Source: Bacteroidota bacterium (lineage in GTDB: Bacteria; Bacteroidota; Bacteroidia; Chitinophagales; LD1). From it: a DNA stretch of 64,000 nt. The notes below the pieces were generated by a model that searched no databases, had not been told where the DNA came from, and was given only the letters and a program-made list of their open reading frames with translations. The DNA is taken from positions 66,867 through 130,866 of the forward strand of contig JADKJG010000004.1 in assembly GCA_016722375.1 (NCBI GenBank), given 5' to 3'. The first letter of the stretch is position 1; the number at the start of each line of letters is the position of its first letter. Made by a program: the position numbers and the translations under genes. Shown here in pieces: positions 29,899 through 40,242 of this stretch.

Positions 29899-32010
29899 TT
29901 GAACAGCGGCCTTTCTTTTCAATATCCTGTCTGGTTTCTTTTGCTGTGCTTTGCATTGGGCGCAGCTTATGCTTTCATTCTTTATTACCGCGACCATACC
30001 TTTGATGAAAAATCTTCCGGCACCGCAAACTGGAAACGAGGCATGGCTTTGTTTCGCTTTCTGGCCGTTTCTATCTTGGCGATATTGCTTTTGTCCCCCT
30101 TCATCCGTGCCAGAAATACGCAAACCTTCAAACCGATAGTTGCCATTGTTCAGGACAATAGTGAATCCGTTAAAACTGGTTTGGGAAAGGATACTGCTGC
30201 TTATGCAGAAAGGTTAACGAAACTAGAGGAAGAACTAAGCGGAAAATATGAAGTGCAAGAATTTTCGGCGGGCGATGATTTGAGAAAGGGAATTGATTTC
30301 TCGTTCCGTGATAGATCTACCAATCTGAGCGAAGCCATCGAGCAGATAAACGATCTGTTTTATAATCAGAATCTCGGTGCCGTGGTCATTGCCTCAGATG
30401 GCATCTATAATCGGGGTATCAATCCGGTTTATTCGGCGGCCAAAGCAAGCTATTCTATCTATACCATAGCCTTGGGAGATACTACGATTCAAAAAGATCA
30501 GAAGGTTTCCAACGCTTATTTCAACAACATCGCTTTTTTGAATGATCAATTCGCTATGCGGGTAGATGTGGAGGCAACCAACTTGTCGGGGAAAAATTCA
30601 ACGCTACATATCTACGAACTGCAAGCCGGTGGTCAAGCTAAGTTGCTTCAGTCGAAGGAGGTGAATTATAATTCAGACAATTTCTTCCAATCCCTTGATT
30701 TCATTCTGCCTGCCGACAAAACCGGAATCATTCATTATCGGATAACACTGGCGAACGTAGATGGAGAAGTTACTTACAAGAACAACAGCCGCGATATTTT
30801 TATAGAAGTATTGGACGGAAGGCAGAAGATTTTGTTGGTAGCAAATTCCCCGCATCCCGATATCGCTTGCTTCAAAGCCGCTATTGAAAGCAACCGGAAT
30901 TATCAATTGGATGTAGAATACGCTCAAACATTTTCGAAAAAACTGAATGAATATAATCTGGTGATACTTCATCAATTACCTTCGTCCGTCAATCATGTCA
31001 GCAATATATTAAAGGAGGCTGCCGAGCAGAAAAAGTCTTTGTTGTTTGTTGTGGGTTCGCAAACGCTGTTGACTGAATTCTCAAAGGTGCAGAATGCAGT
31101 TTCCATTCGTGGCAATGGTACACAGTTGAATGAGGTAACCGCAAATGTGTCTAAGGAGTTTGCTCTGTTTACGTTGTCAGACCGCACCCTGCAAACCGTT
31201 TCCAAATTGCCGCCATTCTTTTGTGCCTTTGGGGAATTCACCGCTAATCCGTCTTCTAAAATAATGCTTTACCAGAAAATCAATTCAGTTCTAACGGATT
31301 TTCCGCTCTGGCTCTTTAACGAAACGGGCGAGGTGAAAACAGGAGTGATTTGCGGCGAGGGTTTATGGCGGTGGCGCTTGCAGGACTTCATGATGAATAA
31401 GAATCAAGAGGCCACAGATGAGTTGATCAACAAAACGGTTCAATACTTATCTGTGAAAGGCGACAAGCGCCCATTTCGTGTTTCCTTGCCTAAAAACATT
31501 TTTCAAGATAATGAGGCAATTACTTTTGATGCACAACTCTATAATGCGAATTATGAGTTGGTCAACGCGCCAGAGGTTGCGATGCTTATAAAAGATGAAG
31601 AAGGAAAGGAGTACAAATATTCGTTCAATAAAACAGAGCACGCTTACAACCTGAATGCCGGATTTCTACCGGTGGGAAATTACTCCTACGAAGCATCAGC
31701 CCGATTTGGCAATGCAACGTTAAACACCCAAGGTAAGTTTTCTGTCAGCCCGCTTCAATTAGAAGATGTTAGAACTAGGGCAGATCACCAAGTGATGTAT
31801 CAACTAGCATCGCAGCATCAGGGCAACATGCACCATCTGAATGACATGGATAAAATCGCCGGTGAAATTGATGCAGCAAACCATTTGAAACCCGTTCTAT
31901 ACGACACCTTCACCACAGAAAATGCGATTCATTTCAAGTGGATTTTGTTGTTGTTGCTGTCGCTGATTTCCGCTGAGTGGTTCATTCGGAAATATTTGGG
32001 TGGTTATTAG
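29899..32010 (+). CDS. membrane protein with N-terminal double-TM (BatA-like) segment and large extracytoplasmic region
   Basis: 703 aa. N-terminus FQYPVWFLLLCFALGAAYAFILYY, plus a C-terminal TM helix. TTG start. Confidence 0.55.
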   Translation: MNSGLSFQYPVWFLLLCFALGAAYAFILYYRDHTFDEKSSGTANWKRGMALFRFLAVSILAILLLSPFIRARNTQTFKPIVAIVQDNSESVKTGLGKDTAAYAERLTKLEEELSGKYEVQEFSAGDDLRKGIDFSFRDRSTNLSEAIEQINDLFYNQNLGAVVIASDGIYNRGINPVYSAAKASYSIYTIALGDTTIQKDQKVSNAYFNNIAFLNDQFAMRVDVEATNLSGKNSTLHIYELQAGGQAKLLQSKEVNYNSDNFFQSLDFILPADKTGIIHYRITLANVDGEVTYKNNSRDIFIEVLDGRQKILLVANSPHPDIACFKAAIESNRNYQLDVEYAQTFSKKLNEYNLVILHQLPSSVNHVSNILKEAAEQKKSLLFVVGSQTLLTEFSKVQNAVSIRGNGTQLNEVTANVSKEFALFTLSDRTLQTVSKLPPFFCAFGEFTANPSSKIMLYQKINSVLTDFPLWLFNETGEVKTGVICGEGLWRWRLQDFMMNKNQEATDELINKTVQYLSVKGDKRPFRVSLPKNIFQDNEAITFDAQLYNANYELVNAPEVAMLIKDEEGKEYKYSFNKTEHAYNLNAGFLPVGNYSYEASARFGNATLNTQGKFSVSPLQLEDVRTRADHQVMYQLASQHQGNMHHLNDMDKIAGEIDAANHLKPVLYDTFTTENAIHFKWILLLLLSLISAEWFIRKYLGGY

Positions 32011-32016
32011 GCATAT

Positions 32017-32982
32017 ATGTTTCATACAGAGATTGGCCAGGACATTCACAAAGCCAAAGCACTTTTATTAGAGGACTCGGTTGTCGCTATTCCCACCGAA
32101 ACGGTCTATGGATTGGCTGCTAACGCATTGTCTGAGGAAGCGGTCGTAAAAATATTTGCTGCGAAGAATCGCCCTTTTTTCGACCCGCTGATTGTACATA
32201 CCTATTCATTAGATGCGATGAGAAAGTATGTGGAAGACATACCGGCAAAAGCAATAATACTATTGCAGCAGTTCTCGCCCGGCCCCATCACACTACTTCT
32301 TAAAAAGAAAATAATTATTCCTGACTTGGTTACTTCCGGTTTGGATACCGTAGCCATGCGCATCCCCAATCATCCTTTGACCCTCTCTTTGCTTAGGGAA
32401 CTAGAATTTCCTTTGGCTGCGCCCAGCGCCAATCCATTCGGATATATCAGCCCAACAACAGCGCAGCACGTGGCTGACCAACTGCAAGGGAAAATTCCCT
32501 ACATCCTTGATGGCGGAGTGGCTACGGTAGGAGTAGAGTCCACCATAGTAGGTTTTGAAGGCGAGCAACCGGTAGTCTTCCGACTTGGTGGATTGACGAT
32601 TGAAAAAATCGAAAGGGTCATTGGCAAGGTTCAGATACGGATACAGGATAGTTCCAATCCGGCTGCTCCGGGCATGTTGAGCAGTCATTATGCACCGATT
32701 AAAAAATTGAGGTTAGTAGGAGAGGAGAGTCATGAACTTGAGAAGTTGGACAAGCGAAGGATGGGAGTCATTGCTTTTGATAAATATATAGAAACGATTT
32801 CGAAGGAAAACCAAATTTTACTTTCCCCTAAAGGAGATTTGAGCGAGGCAGCAAAGAACTTATTTGCCGCCATGAGAAGGTTAGATAATAGTAATGTGGA
32901 TTTGATTTTGGCAGTACACTTTCCTGACATTGGGTTGGGAAGAGCTATAAATGACCGGTTAAAAAGAGCGAGTACGACATAG
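32017..32982 (+). CDS. tsaC: L-threonylcarbamoyladenylate synthase (Sua5/YwlC type)
   Basis: Motifs PTETVYGLAANA, KNRP and SANPFG. At 321 aa it includes the Sua5 C-terminal domain. Confidence 0.85.
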   Translation: MFHTEIGQDIHKAKALLLEDSVVAIPTETVYGLAANALSEEAVVKIFAAKNRPFFDPLIVHTYSLDAMRKYVEDIPAKAIILLQQFSPGPITLLLKKKIIIPDLVTSGLDTVAMRIPNHPLTLSLLRELEFPLAAPSANPFGYISPTTAQHVADQLQGKIPYILDGGVATVGVESTIVGFEGEQPVVFRLGGLTIEKIERVIGKVQIRIQDSSNPAAPGMLSSHYAPIKKLRLVGEESHELEKLDKRRMGVIAFDKYIETISKENQILLSPKGDLSEAAKNLFAAMRRLDNSNVDLILAVHFPDIGLGRAINDRLKRASTT

Positions 32983-33060
32983 GTATCTCAAAAATCCGAG
33001 ACCACTTTTATGAGATGGACAACTGGTTTTAATGTAGAAATCGCGTTTACTTTGTTAGAA

Positions 33061-33068
33061 TATATTTG
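33061..33068 (+). promoter_or_regulatory. candidate Bacteroidota -7 box (TAnnTTTG) for tyrS
   Basis: TATATTTG sits 22 nt upstream of ATG 33090. No clear -33 TTG was found. Confidence 0.3.
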
Positions 33069-33089
33069 CGTCAAAATTCAAAACAGTTT

Positions 33090-34367
33090 ATGGGGCTAAT
33101 AGAAGAGTTAAGGTGGCGGAATATGTTGCAGGACATCAAGCCTGGTACCGAAGATTTATTAAACCGCGAATTGGTTACCGGTTATATTGGTTTTGATCCT
33201 ACCGCCGATTCCTTGCATATAGGCAGTTTGCTTCAAGTTACCCTATTAATGAGATTCCAAAAGGCGGGACATAAACCTATTGCCTTGCTTGGTGGAGCCA
33301 CAGGAATGATTGGGGATCCTTCGGGAAAATCTACTGAAAGAAACTTACTGGATGAAAAGACGCTTCAACACAACTTGGCCTGTCAAAAAAAACAGCTTGA
33401 AAAGTTTTTAAACTTTAACTGTGGGGCTACCTCAGCAGAATTCGTCAACAACTTTGACTGGTTTAAGGGAATGAGTTTTCTCGACTTTCTCCGTGATGTT
33501 GGAAAGCGACTCACCGTCAACTATATGATGGCAAAGGATAGTGTGAAATCCAGAATGACCTCTGATGAAGGAATTAGTTTTACCGAATTTTCCTACCAAT
33601 TAATTCAAGGGTACGATTTCTATTACCTCTGGAAAAACAAGGGAGTAAAACTACAAATGGGAGGTAGCGATCAATGGGGTAATATCATTACAGGTACAGA
33701 ATTGATTCGGCGAAAGGATGGAGGGGAAACCTTTGCCTTTACCATTCCCTTGGTTACCAAATCAGATGGGAAGAAATTCGGAAAATCGGAACAGGGAAAT
33801 ATTTGGTTAGACCCGAAAAAGACCTCTCCATATCGCTTCTATCAATATTGGCTGAATGTTTCAGACGAAGATGTATCTAAACTCGTTCGATATTTCTCTA
33901 TGAAAGACAAAGAGGAAATAGAAATACTGGAAAAAAAACATATCGAAGCATTACATCTTCGCCTGCTGCAAAAAGACCTTGCTGATGAAATCACAGAGCG
34001 GGTTCACTCGATTGAAGATTTGACTCGTGCGAAGCAAACTACCGAAATCCTTTTTGGTTCTTCCTTTGATGAATTCAAAAAACTGGATGGAAAGGATATT
34101 GAAGATGCCTTTGATGAAAACCTCATTTTTCGCGTTGAGCAGGATTTATTTTCTGCCGAAGTTGAACCGGTCAGTCTGCTCGCAGAAAAGACGGATATTT
34201 TCCCATCAAAAGGTGAAGCGCGAAAAAGTATTCAGGGAAATGGAGTGAGTATTAACAAAGAAAAGTTGTTGTTGGAAAAGAGAATCACCAAAGCTGATTT
34301 GTTGCACGGCAGATATCTTTTGGTTCAGAAAGGAAAGAAGAACTATTATCTTATCATCGCTGGATAG
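33090..34367 (+). CDS. tyrS: tyrosine--tRNA ligase
   Basis: HIGH-type motif (DSLHIGSL), KMSKS-type motif (KFGKS) and a C-terminal S4-like domain. Confidence 0.9.
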   Translation: MGLIEELRWRNMLQDIKPGTEDLLNRELVTGYIGFDPTADSLHIGSLLQVTLLMRFQKAGHKPIALLGGATGMIGDPSGKSTERNLLDEKTLQHNLACQKKQLEKFLNFNCGATSAEFVNNFDWFKGMSFLDFLRDVGKRLTVNYMMAKDSVKSRMTSDEGISFTEFSYQLIQGYDFYYLWKNKGVKLQMGGSDQWGNIITGTELIRRKDGGETFAFTIPLVTKSDGKKFGKSEQGNIWLDPKKTSPYRFYQYWLNVSDEDVSKLVRYFSMKDKEEIEILEKKHIEALHLRLLQKDLADEITERVHSIEDLTRAKQTTEILFGSSFDEFKKLDGKDIEDAFDENLIFRVEQDLFSAEVEPVSLLAEKTDIFPSKGEARKSIQGNGVSINKEKLLLEKRITKADLLHGRYLLVQKGKKNYYLIIAG

Positions 34368-34370
34368 GTT

Positions 34371-34700
34371 ATGAAGCAGGGGGCATCATTTTTTATCGCT
34401 TCTGTCGCTCTTGTAATAGTGCTGTTTAATTCCTGTGGATTAAAACCTTTTCCTTGCTATATTACAAATGTCCCCATGGATAGTATTCATGTTAACCAAG
34501 AAGTGAGTTTCGATGCTACTTGTAGCGATTCGGGGAAAGAATTCTATTGGGAGTTCAACACTCCTTCTGATACTTCCACCTATATCCAGAAAATTGTAAC
34601 CCGTTCCTTCGATAGCGCAGGAACCGTTGAGATATTCCTTCTGGTAATAAATGGAGGCAAGCAAGCATCCAAGAAGGATTATATCACTATCCTTCCCTAA
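34371..34700 (+). CDS. small PKD-like domain lipoprotein
   Basis: Signal/lipobox (LFNSC) and a PKD-like VSFDATCSDSGKEFYWEF. Confidence 0.5.
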   Translation: MKQGASFFIASVALVIVLFNSCGLKPFPCYITNVPMDSIHVNQEVSFDATCSDSGKEFYWEFNTPSDTSTYIQKIVTRSFDSAGTVEIFLLVINGGKQASKKDYITILP

Positions 34701-34772
34701 ATCTACGTGGAATAGCGCCGACGCTCTTCTCTGGTTTATTTTAACTCTAACACCGTTTATTCCACAGACTCG

Positions 34773-36692
34773 CTAAATCGCTACAACGATAAATTCCGTC
34801 CGACGATTTTTGGCTTTGCCTTCTGCTGTTGAATTAGACGCAATGGGACGTGATGAGGCATAGCCTTTGTAGCTAATTCGCGATGCCTCAACGCCTTTGC
34901 TGACCAGATATTCAAATACTTGCTTGGCCCGGTTCTGCGACAGTGTTTTGTTCTTTTCTTCTATGCCGCTATTATCGGTATGACCGCTGATTTCAATTTT
35001 CAATTCTGGATTTTTCTCCAATAATTTAATCATGACTCCCATTTCGGTTTTCGATTCAGGTTTCAATTCATATTTTTCAGGTTCAAAGAAGATATTGTTT
35101 AGCACTACCACTTGGCCCACTTTAATTTTCAGCAGTGGTATATCCACATCAAAGGGTTTTCCTCCCTTCACATTTTTCAAGGAAATATTGTGTGAATAGA
35201 AAAGATAGCCGTCTTTCAGCACTTCCACTGCATAATCTTTTCCGGCAGGAAGGGTGGAGAGAAAAGTTCCGTTCACCTTATCGGAGGATAGAGTAGTATA
35301 CAAGTTTCCGGTTTCAAGGTCATAAATCTGTATATTGGCTGACACTGGTTCTCTGCTTTCATCATCGAATACGTTGCCACGAATGTAAGAGGTAAAGCTC
35401 GGGCGGAAGTCACTGGAAAGTTCAAAGCTGTATAGGTCTTTTTGCCCATAACTGTCTTTTTGTTCCGAGGCATAGTACGCCCTGCTGCCGTCCGTAGTAA
35501 TATGAATACCCAGTTCATCGCCTGCTGTATTAATCGGATAGCCCAAATTTACCGGTTGACCACAAGTACCATCAGCTTGTTTTCGACTCATAAAAATATC
35601 GAAGTTTCCCATGCCAGGCCAGCCATTAGAAGAGAAATAGAGCGTTTGACCATCGGGATGAATAAAAGAACGCATTTCATCGAACATGATATTGATTGAT
35701 TCCCCCAGATTCTCGGGTTGGCTCCAACCAGTTTTGTTTTCATAATGGCTTACATATATATCGCTTCCTCCTTGTCCACCTGCGCGCACAGAGGCAAAAT
35801 ATAATGTTCTTCCATCGGAACTGATGCAGGGCTGGGCATCCCAGCCGGGGCTGTTGATCGGCGGACCCATATTGTTAGCGCGCTCCCAAGTCTCACCGGT
35901 CTTTCGGGTCATATAGATATCGGCTCTGCCTTCTCCATCTTTGCGATCTGCACTGGTAAAGAACAGGTATTTGCCACTGGGAGAAATACTCTGTGCGCCT
36001 TCTACATAGTTTTCAGTGTTAATGGCGGATATTGGATTGGCCTGAGAAAATATTCCATGTTCATTCTTCGAAACATACAAATCTTCATCTTGATATCTTC
36101 CTGAACCGGTATGGCGGGTGAAATACAGATACGCTTCGTCGGCGGTGAGCGAAGGCATACTTTCATCGTTTGATGTATTGACGCCGGGTCCAAGGTTCAC
36201 AGGTTTAAAATCCAAAGGGTGCTTTATCGCTTCGGCGGCGAAACCACAATCCAACAACATTTTGTCAGCCATGATTTTGTTTTGAGCCGGAATTTTTGGT
36301 GTTTGTAAATAGGTATTTAGCAATTCTTTTGCCTGTGCATAATCGCTCATATTGAAATGGCATTTAGCAAGTTGAAAGTCCACATCACTTAGATAGTTTG
36401 CCTGTAAAGTCTTAACCGTTTGGTATGCTTGAAAGGCTTTTTCATATTGATTCAGATACTCCAAATTTATTTGACCTATCAGCAACCAGGCGTCTATGAA
36501 TGTAGGTTTCTCTTGAACCGCAAGGCGCAACAAGGAGTCGGCCTGTTCGAGTTTGCCAAAGGCATAGCTGTTATCGCCCCTCTCATAAAATTCTTTTGCG
36601 TTTCCTCGCACGGTTTCCTTTGTAATCACCTGAGCCATGGTGAAAGCAGGCATAAGAAATACGATATAAAAAATTATTCGGTTCAACTTCAT
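34773..36692 (-). CDS. OmpA-family protein with TPR and TolB-like propeller regions
   Basis: Signal peptide, TPR-like N-terminus and repeated SPDG..LYF units. C-terminal OmpA motif (GHTDNSG, NRRTEF). Confidence 0.8.
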   Translation of the reverse strand: MKLNRIIFYIVFLMPAFTMAQVITKETVRGNAKEFYERGDNSYAFGKLEQADSLLRLAVQEKPTFIDAWLLIGQINLEYLNQYEKAFQAYQTVKTLQANYLSDVDFQLAKCHFNMSDYAQAKELLNTYLQTPKIPAQNKIMADKMLLDCGFAAEAIKHPLDFKPVNLGPGVNTSNDESMPSLTADEAYLYFTRHTGSGRYQDEDLYVSKNEHGIFSQANPISAINTENYVEGAQSISPSGKYLFFTSADRKDGEGRADIYMTRKTGETWERANNMGPPINSPGWDAQPCISSDGRTLYFASVRAGGQGGSDIYVSHYENKTGWSQPENLGESINIMFDEMRSFIHPDGQTLYFSSNGWPGMGNFDIFMSRKQADGTCGQPVNLGYPINTAGDELGIHITTDGSRAYYASEQKDSYGQKDLYSFELSSDFRPSFTSYIRGNVFDDESREPVSANIQIYDLETGNLYTTLSSDKVNGTFLSTLPAGKDYAVEVLKDGYLFYSHNISLKNVKGGKPFDVDIPLLKIKVGQVVVLNNIFFEPEKYELKPESKTEMGVMIKLLEKNPELKIEISGHTDNSGIEEKNKTLSQNRAKQVFEYLVSKGVEASRISYKGYASSRPIASNSTAEGKAKNRRTEFIVVAI

Positions 36693-36701
36693 GCGTTTGA
36701 T

Positions 36702-37322
36702 TTAAGGCACCAACATGTATTTATGTATCTGCAAAGATATTTCCCAAACTTGATGTTGTTTCACATATTCAACGATTATTGGCAACATTTCCTTTTCAAC
36801 ACTCCACTCCGGCTGAAAAAAAAGCTTGCAATCTTTGTTTACTTTTCTTGCATGTTCTTCGCCGAAACGCAAATCATTTCGGTGAGCTACAATTACTTTC
36901 AGTTCATCTGCAACATTCAAGCATTTTTCTAATGGCAATTTGAATCTTTTAGGTGACATACAAATCCAGTCCCAGTTACCACTAATTGGATAAGCACCTG
37001 AAGTTTCCAGATGAGCTCTAATTTGATTGGCTTGAAGTTGGCTTGTCAATTCTGTTAAATCATACATCATGGGTTCCCCACCGGTGATCACACATATTTG
37101 TGAGCCGGAACGCGTCACTTCATTGATGATCTCTTCTACAGTCCAAAGTGGATGCTTTTCGGAAAGCCAGCTTTCCTTTACATCACACCAGGAGCAGCCT
37201 ATATCACAGCCGCCTAGTCGCACGAAATACGCTGCTTTCCCCTGATAAAAACCCTCCCCCTGAATGGTGTAGAAGTGCTCCATAACGGGAAGAAGGTTGG
37301 GAGATTTATTGCTTAATTGCAT
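36702..37322 (-). CDS. queE: 7-carboxy-7-deazaguanine synthase (radical SAM)
   Basis: FYTIQGEG and the cluster motif CDIGCSWCD. Confidence 0.8.
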   Translation of the reverse strand: MQLSNKSPNLLPVMEHFYTIQGEGFYQGKAAYFVRLGGCDIGCSWCDVKESWLSEKHPLWTVEEIINEVTRSGSQICVITGGEPMMYDLTELTSQLQANQIRAHLETSGAYPISGNWDWICMSPKRFKLPLEKCLNVADELKVIVAHRNDLRFGEEHARKVNKDCKLFFQPEWSVEKEMLPIIVEYVKQHQVWEISLQIHKYMLVP

Positions 37323-37358
37323 AAAACAATAATTAGAGCGATCGGTAACAGGAAAGAG

Positions 37359-38396
37359 CTACGGTGTTTTCTCATGTAGTTCAAAGACTTCCTTATCAAA
37401 TAGGGCATGAGCTAAATCCAAGCGATTATGTTCTACCGGTATGATGATGGTAGTAAATTCGTTATCGTCGCCATAATAAAAAGTCATTTTTATTGAAAAA
37501 TCTTTAATGTCAGCTGAGGTGAAGTGCTCATCTGCTTTCATCAAGATAATGGTTTTGCCATTATCTATGGCCGTGGTAGCACCTTCAACAGCTTCAAATA
37601 TCATATCGGGGGTAGCGTGCTGTATTCTATTAGCCACTTTTGAGCGTTTTAACTTAACCATGATCTGGTTAATCTTGCTCTGCCCATCAGAATACATTAA
37701 AATACCCAATAGGTTTTCCTCTTGCATCTGTTGAATGGGTTCGGAAGTGGCATCCAACGAGGTAAAACCCACAAAATATTTGTCTTTTACGTTGGGAATA
37801 ACCACTTTTAATTCTCCGTAAGAGCAACTAAATATTTCCTCACCAGTCGTCAGGCTAAACCGTTTGAAATAATCTTCTTCCTGCCCAACACCTTCATGAA
37901 TTGCCAACAAGGTATTGTCAGTAAATTGCAAATCAGTGGCTGCAAATTTTGCTTCCCAATGCAACGGCTCCGCAGCGTTCACGCTCTTCGCTGAAATTTC
38001 GTAAACCTTGTGCTTGTTGATGGAATCAGCAAAACACAATTCCGTTTTTTTTATCTTCAGCAACAGAGGGATTTTAATCCTGCGGTTGTAAACGTTTATT
38101 ACCTCATAGTTAGTGTTGCTCTGTTGAATGCATACCCTTCCGTTTTCATCAAATACACGAACCGAAGATGACCCTGTGTCTATATATGTTTCTTTTCCAG
38201 AAATAGCCGCGGTATCGCTTTGGGGTTTTTTGCTTGAATTTCTACATGATGAAACAAAGAATAAGGTGATAAGAAACAGAGAACAGAACACCAGAAATAT
38301 GGTCTTATGCTGAACATGGCAATTCGGATTTCCCCCTTTAAGTAAGGAGAATTTTCGGTCTTTTGATTTAGGATTGCTGATTTTGTCAAAATTCAT
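37359..38396 (-). CDS. hypothetical membrane-anchored protein
   Basis: 345-aa ORF with one TM helix. It overlaps the folD stop by 11 nt. Confidence 0.5.
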   Translation of the reverse strand: MNFDKISNPKSKDRKFSLLKGGNPNCHVQHKTIFLVFCSLFLITLFFVSSCRNSSKKPQSDTAAISGKETYIDTGSSSVRVFDENGRVCIQQSNTNYEVINVYNRRIKIPLLLKIKKTELCFADSINKHKVYEISAKSVNAAEPLHWEAKFAATDLQFTDNTLLAIHEGVGQEEDYFKRFSLTTGEEIFSCSYGELKVVIPNVKDKYFVGFTSLDATSEPIQQMQEENLLGILMYSDGQSKINQIMVKLKRSKVANRIQHATPDMIFEAVEGATTAIDNGKTIILMKADEHFTSADIKDFSIKMTFYYGDDNEFTTIIIPVEHNRLDLAHALFDKEVFELHEKTP

Positions 38397-39260
38397 GTTT
38401 AGCGGCTTTTAACGTGTTGAGTAATAAAGATACTACGGTCATCGGACCTACCCCACCGGGTACGGGTGATATAACCCGGCATTTAAGCGCAACCTCATCA
38501 AAACAAACATCTCCTTTCAATCTCCATCCGTTTTTTGCCGTGGGATCGCCCACCCGAGTAGTTCCTACGTCAATTACTACTGCTCCTTCCTTTACCATAT
38601 CGGCAGTTAGGAAGCCAGGTTTACCGAGGGCTGCAATAATAATATCTGCCTGAACCGTAACCTCTTTGATATTCTTGGTCTTAGAGTGACAGATAGTAAC
38701 TGTGGCATTTCCCGTCTTACCCGAACCACTCATCAAGATACTCATTGGCCTGCCTACAATATTACTTCTGCCAATAATCACACAATGCTTTCCAGAAGTT
38801 TCGATATCATAGCGTTCAAGCAATTTGGTAATACCAAGAGGAGTGGCAGACACATAAGCAGGCATCCCCAGAGTGACTTTACCCACATTCTCAGGATGAA
38901 AGCCATCTACATCCTTGCCAGGATGAATACTCATAATAATTTGGTCCGTATCAATATGTTTCGGTAGCGGTAGTTGAACAATGAACCCGTCAATATCCGG
39001 ATGGTCATTTAGCTTTCTGACTTCTTCAAGTAAGGATGGTTGTGATATAGATTTATCAAAGCGAAGTAGGGTGGATTTAAATCCAACTTCTTCGCAGGAT
39101 TTCATTTTTTTTCGACGTAGGTTAGGCTGCCTCCGTCATCACCAACCAGAATGGTAGCCAGATGTGGTACTTTGCCTCCGTTTGCTTTTATCTTTTGAAC
39201 TTCTTGGCGAATTTCAGCTTTAATTTCTTCCGAAATCTTTTTTCCGTTCAACAATAACAT
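38386..39260 (-). CDS. folD: bifunctional methylenetetrahydrofolate dehydrogenase/cyclohydrolase, interrupted by a 1-nt frameshift in an A8 tract (as assembled)
   Basis: The 52-codon N-terminal piece (ATG 39260, [12 protein letters not shown] through to [10 protein letters not shown]) ends in TGA. The remainder (ORF 38386-39105, MKSCEEVGF through to PGGVGPMT) is in the +1 frame. One extra A would give [12 protein letters not shown]. Confidence 0.85.
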
Positions 39261-39395
39261 CTCTCTTTTGTGTTTAAAATTAAGGGGGTAAAGGAAAAAT
39301 TTTTATAAAGGAAATCTGGGGAAAATTGCCAACAGATTAAAATGGAAGAACAATGAATAGTAGATATGAGAACTATATAGCTCTAGAACCTGACA

Positions 39396-40199
39396 TTAGG
39401 CTTTTTTCATTCGCTCTTTTATCTCTGTCAGTTTTTGTTTGGTGTGTTGAGCAAAGTCTCCCTGCATTATCCAGCTATAATATCCCGGATCAGTTTTCAA
39501 AACATCCACGACAGGTCTTCCCTTGTATTTGCCAAAATTAAAAACCGCTTTTCCTCCTGAAAAAATAAACCGTCTTCCACTGTCAATAAAGCGTTCCTCA
39601 TTGGAAAAGTCATGAAGAAACTGTATATCTGGTTTTAGCTCGGTATTATATCGTTCAAGTTGCGCTAAAAATACTTCATAAGTAGCAGTTGTATCTGCTT
39701 CAGCGCTATGAGCATTATCTAGATTTTTTTCGCAGTAAAACTGGTAGGCTGCTTCGAGCGTACGTTTTTCAAAATGGGTGTATATTCGATGGACATCAAT
39801 TAATGCTCGGTTATCAATACTAAAACTAAACCCAGCCCGAATGAATTCTTCCATCAGCATTGGAACGTCGAACCGGTTGGAATTGAATCCTGCAAGGTCT
39901 GCTGGGTCCATCAGGTCAAAAATTTCTTTTGCGGCCTCCTTAAAAGTTGGACAAGTGATAATGTCTTCATCGTATATCCCGTGAATTTTAGAAGCTTCGA
40001 TTGGAATGGGAATTGTAGGATTAATCCTAATTGTTTTGCTGGATTTACTTCCATCGGGGTTCAATAACAAAATACTGATTTCCACTATGCGGTCCTTGGC
40101 AAAGTCAACTCCTGTGGACTCAATATCAAAAAAAGCTAATGGTCGCTTCAGGTTTAGCTTCGAAGTGGCAGCGCCGAAAAGATTTAGTTGGTCAGGCAT
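39396..40199 (-). CDS. DnaQ-like 3'-5' exonuclease domain protein
   Basis: Exo I motif FFDIESTG and Exo III motif HSAEADTTATYEV. Confidence 0.75.
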   Translation of the reverse strand: MPDQLNLFGAATSKLNLKRPLAFFDIESTGVDFAKDRIVEISILLLNPDGSKSSKTIRINPTIPIPIEASKIHGIYDEDIITCPTFKEAAKEIFDLMDPADLAGFNSNRFDVPMLMEEFIRAGFSFSIDNRALIDVHRIYTHFEKRTLEAAYQFYCEKNLDNAHSAEADTTATYEVFLAQLERYNTELKPDIQFLHDFSNEERFIDSGRRFIFSGGKAVFNFGKYKGRPVVDVLKTDPGYYSWIMQGDFAQHTKQKLTEIKERMKKA

Positions 40200-40242
40200 T
40201 TTTAGATTAATAATGTATTGTTTAGAAAATTTGAGATACTGG

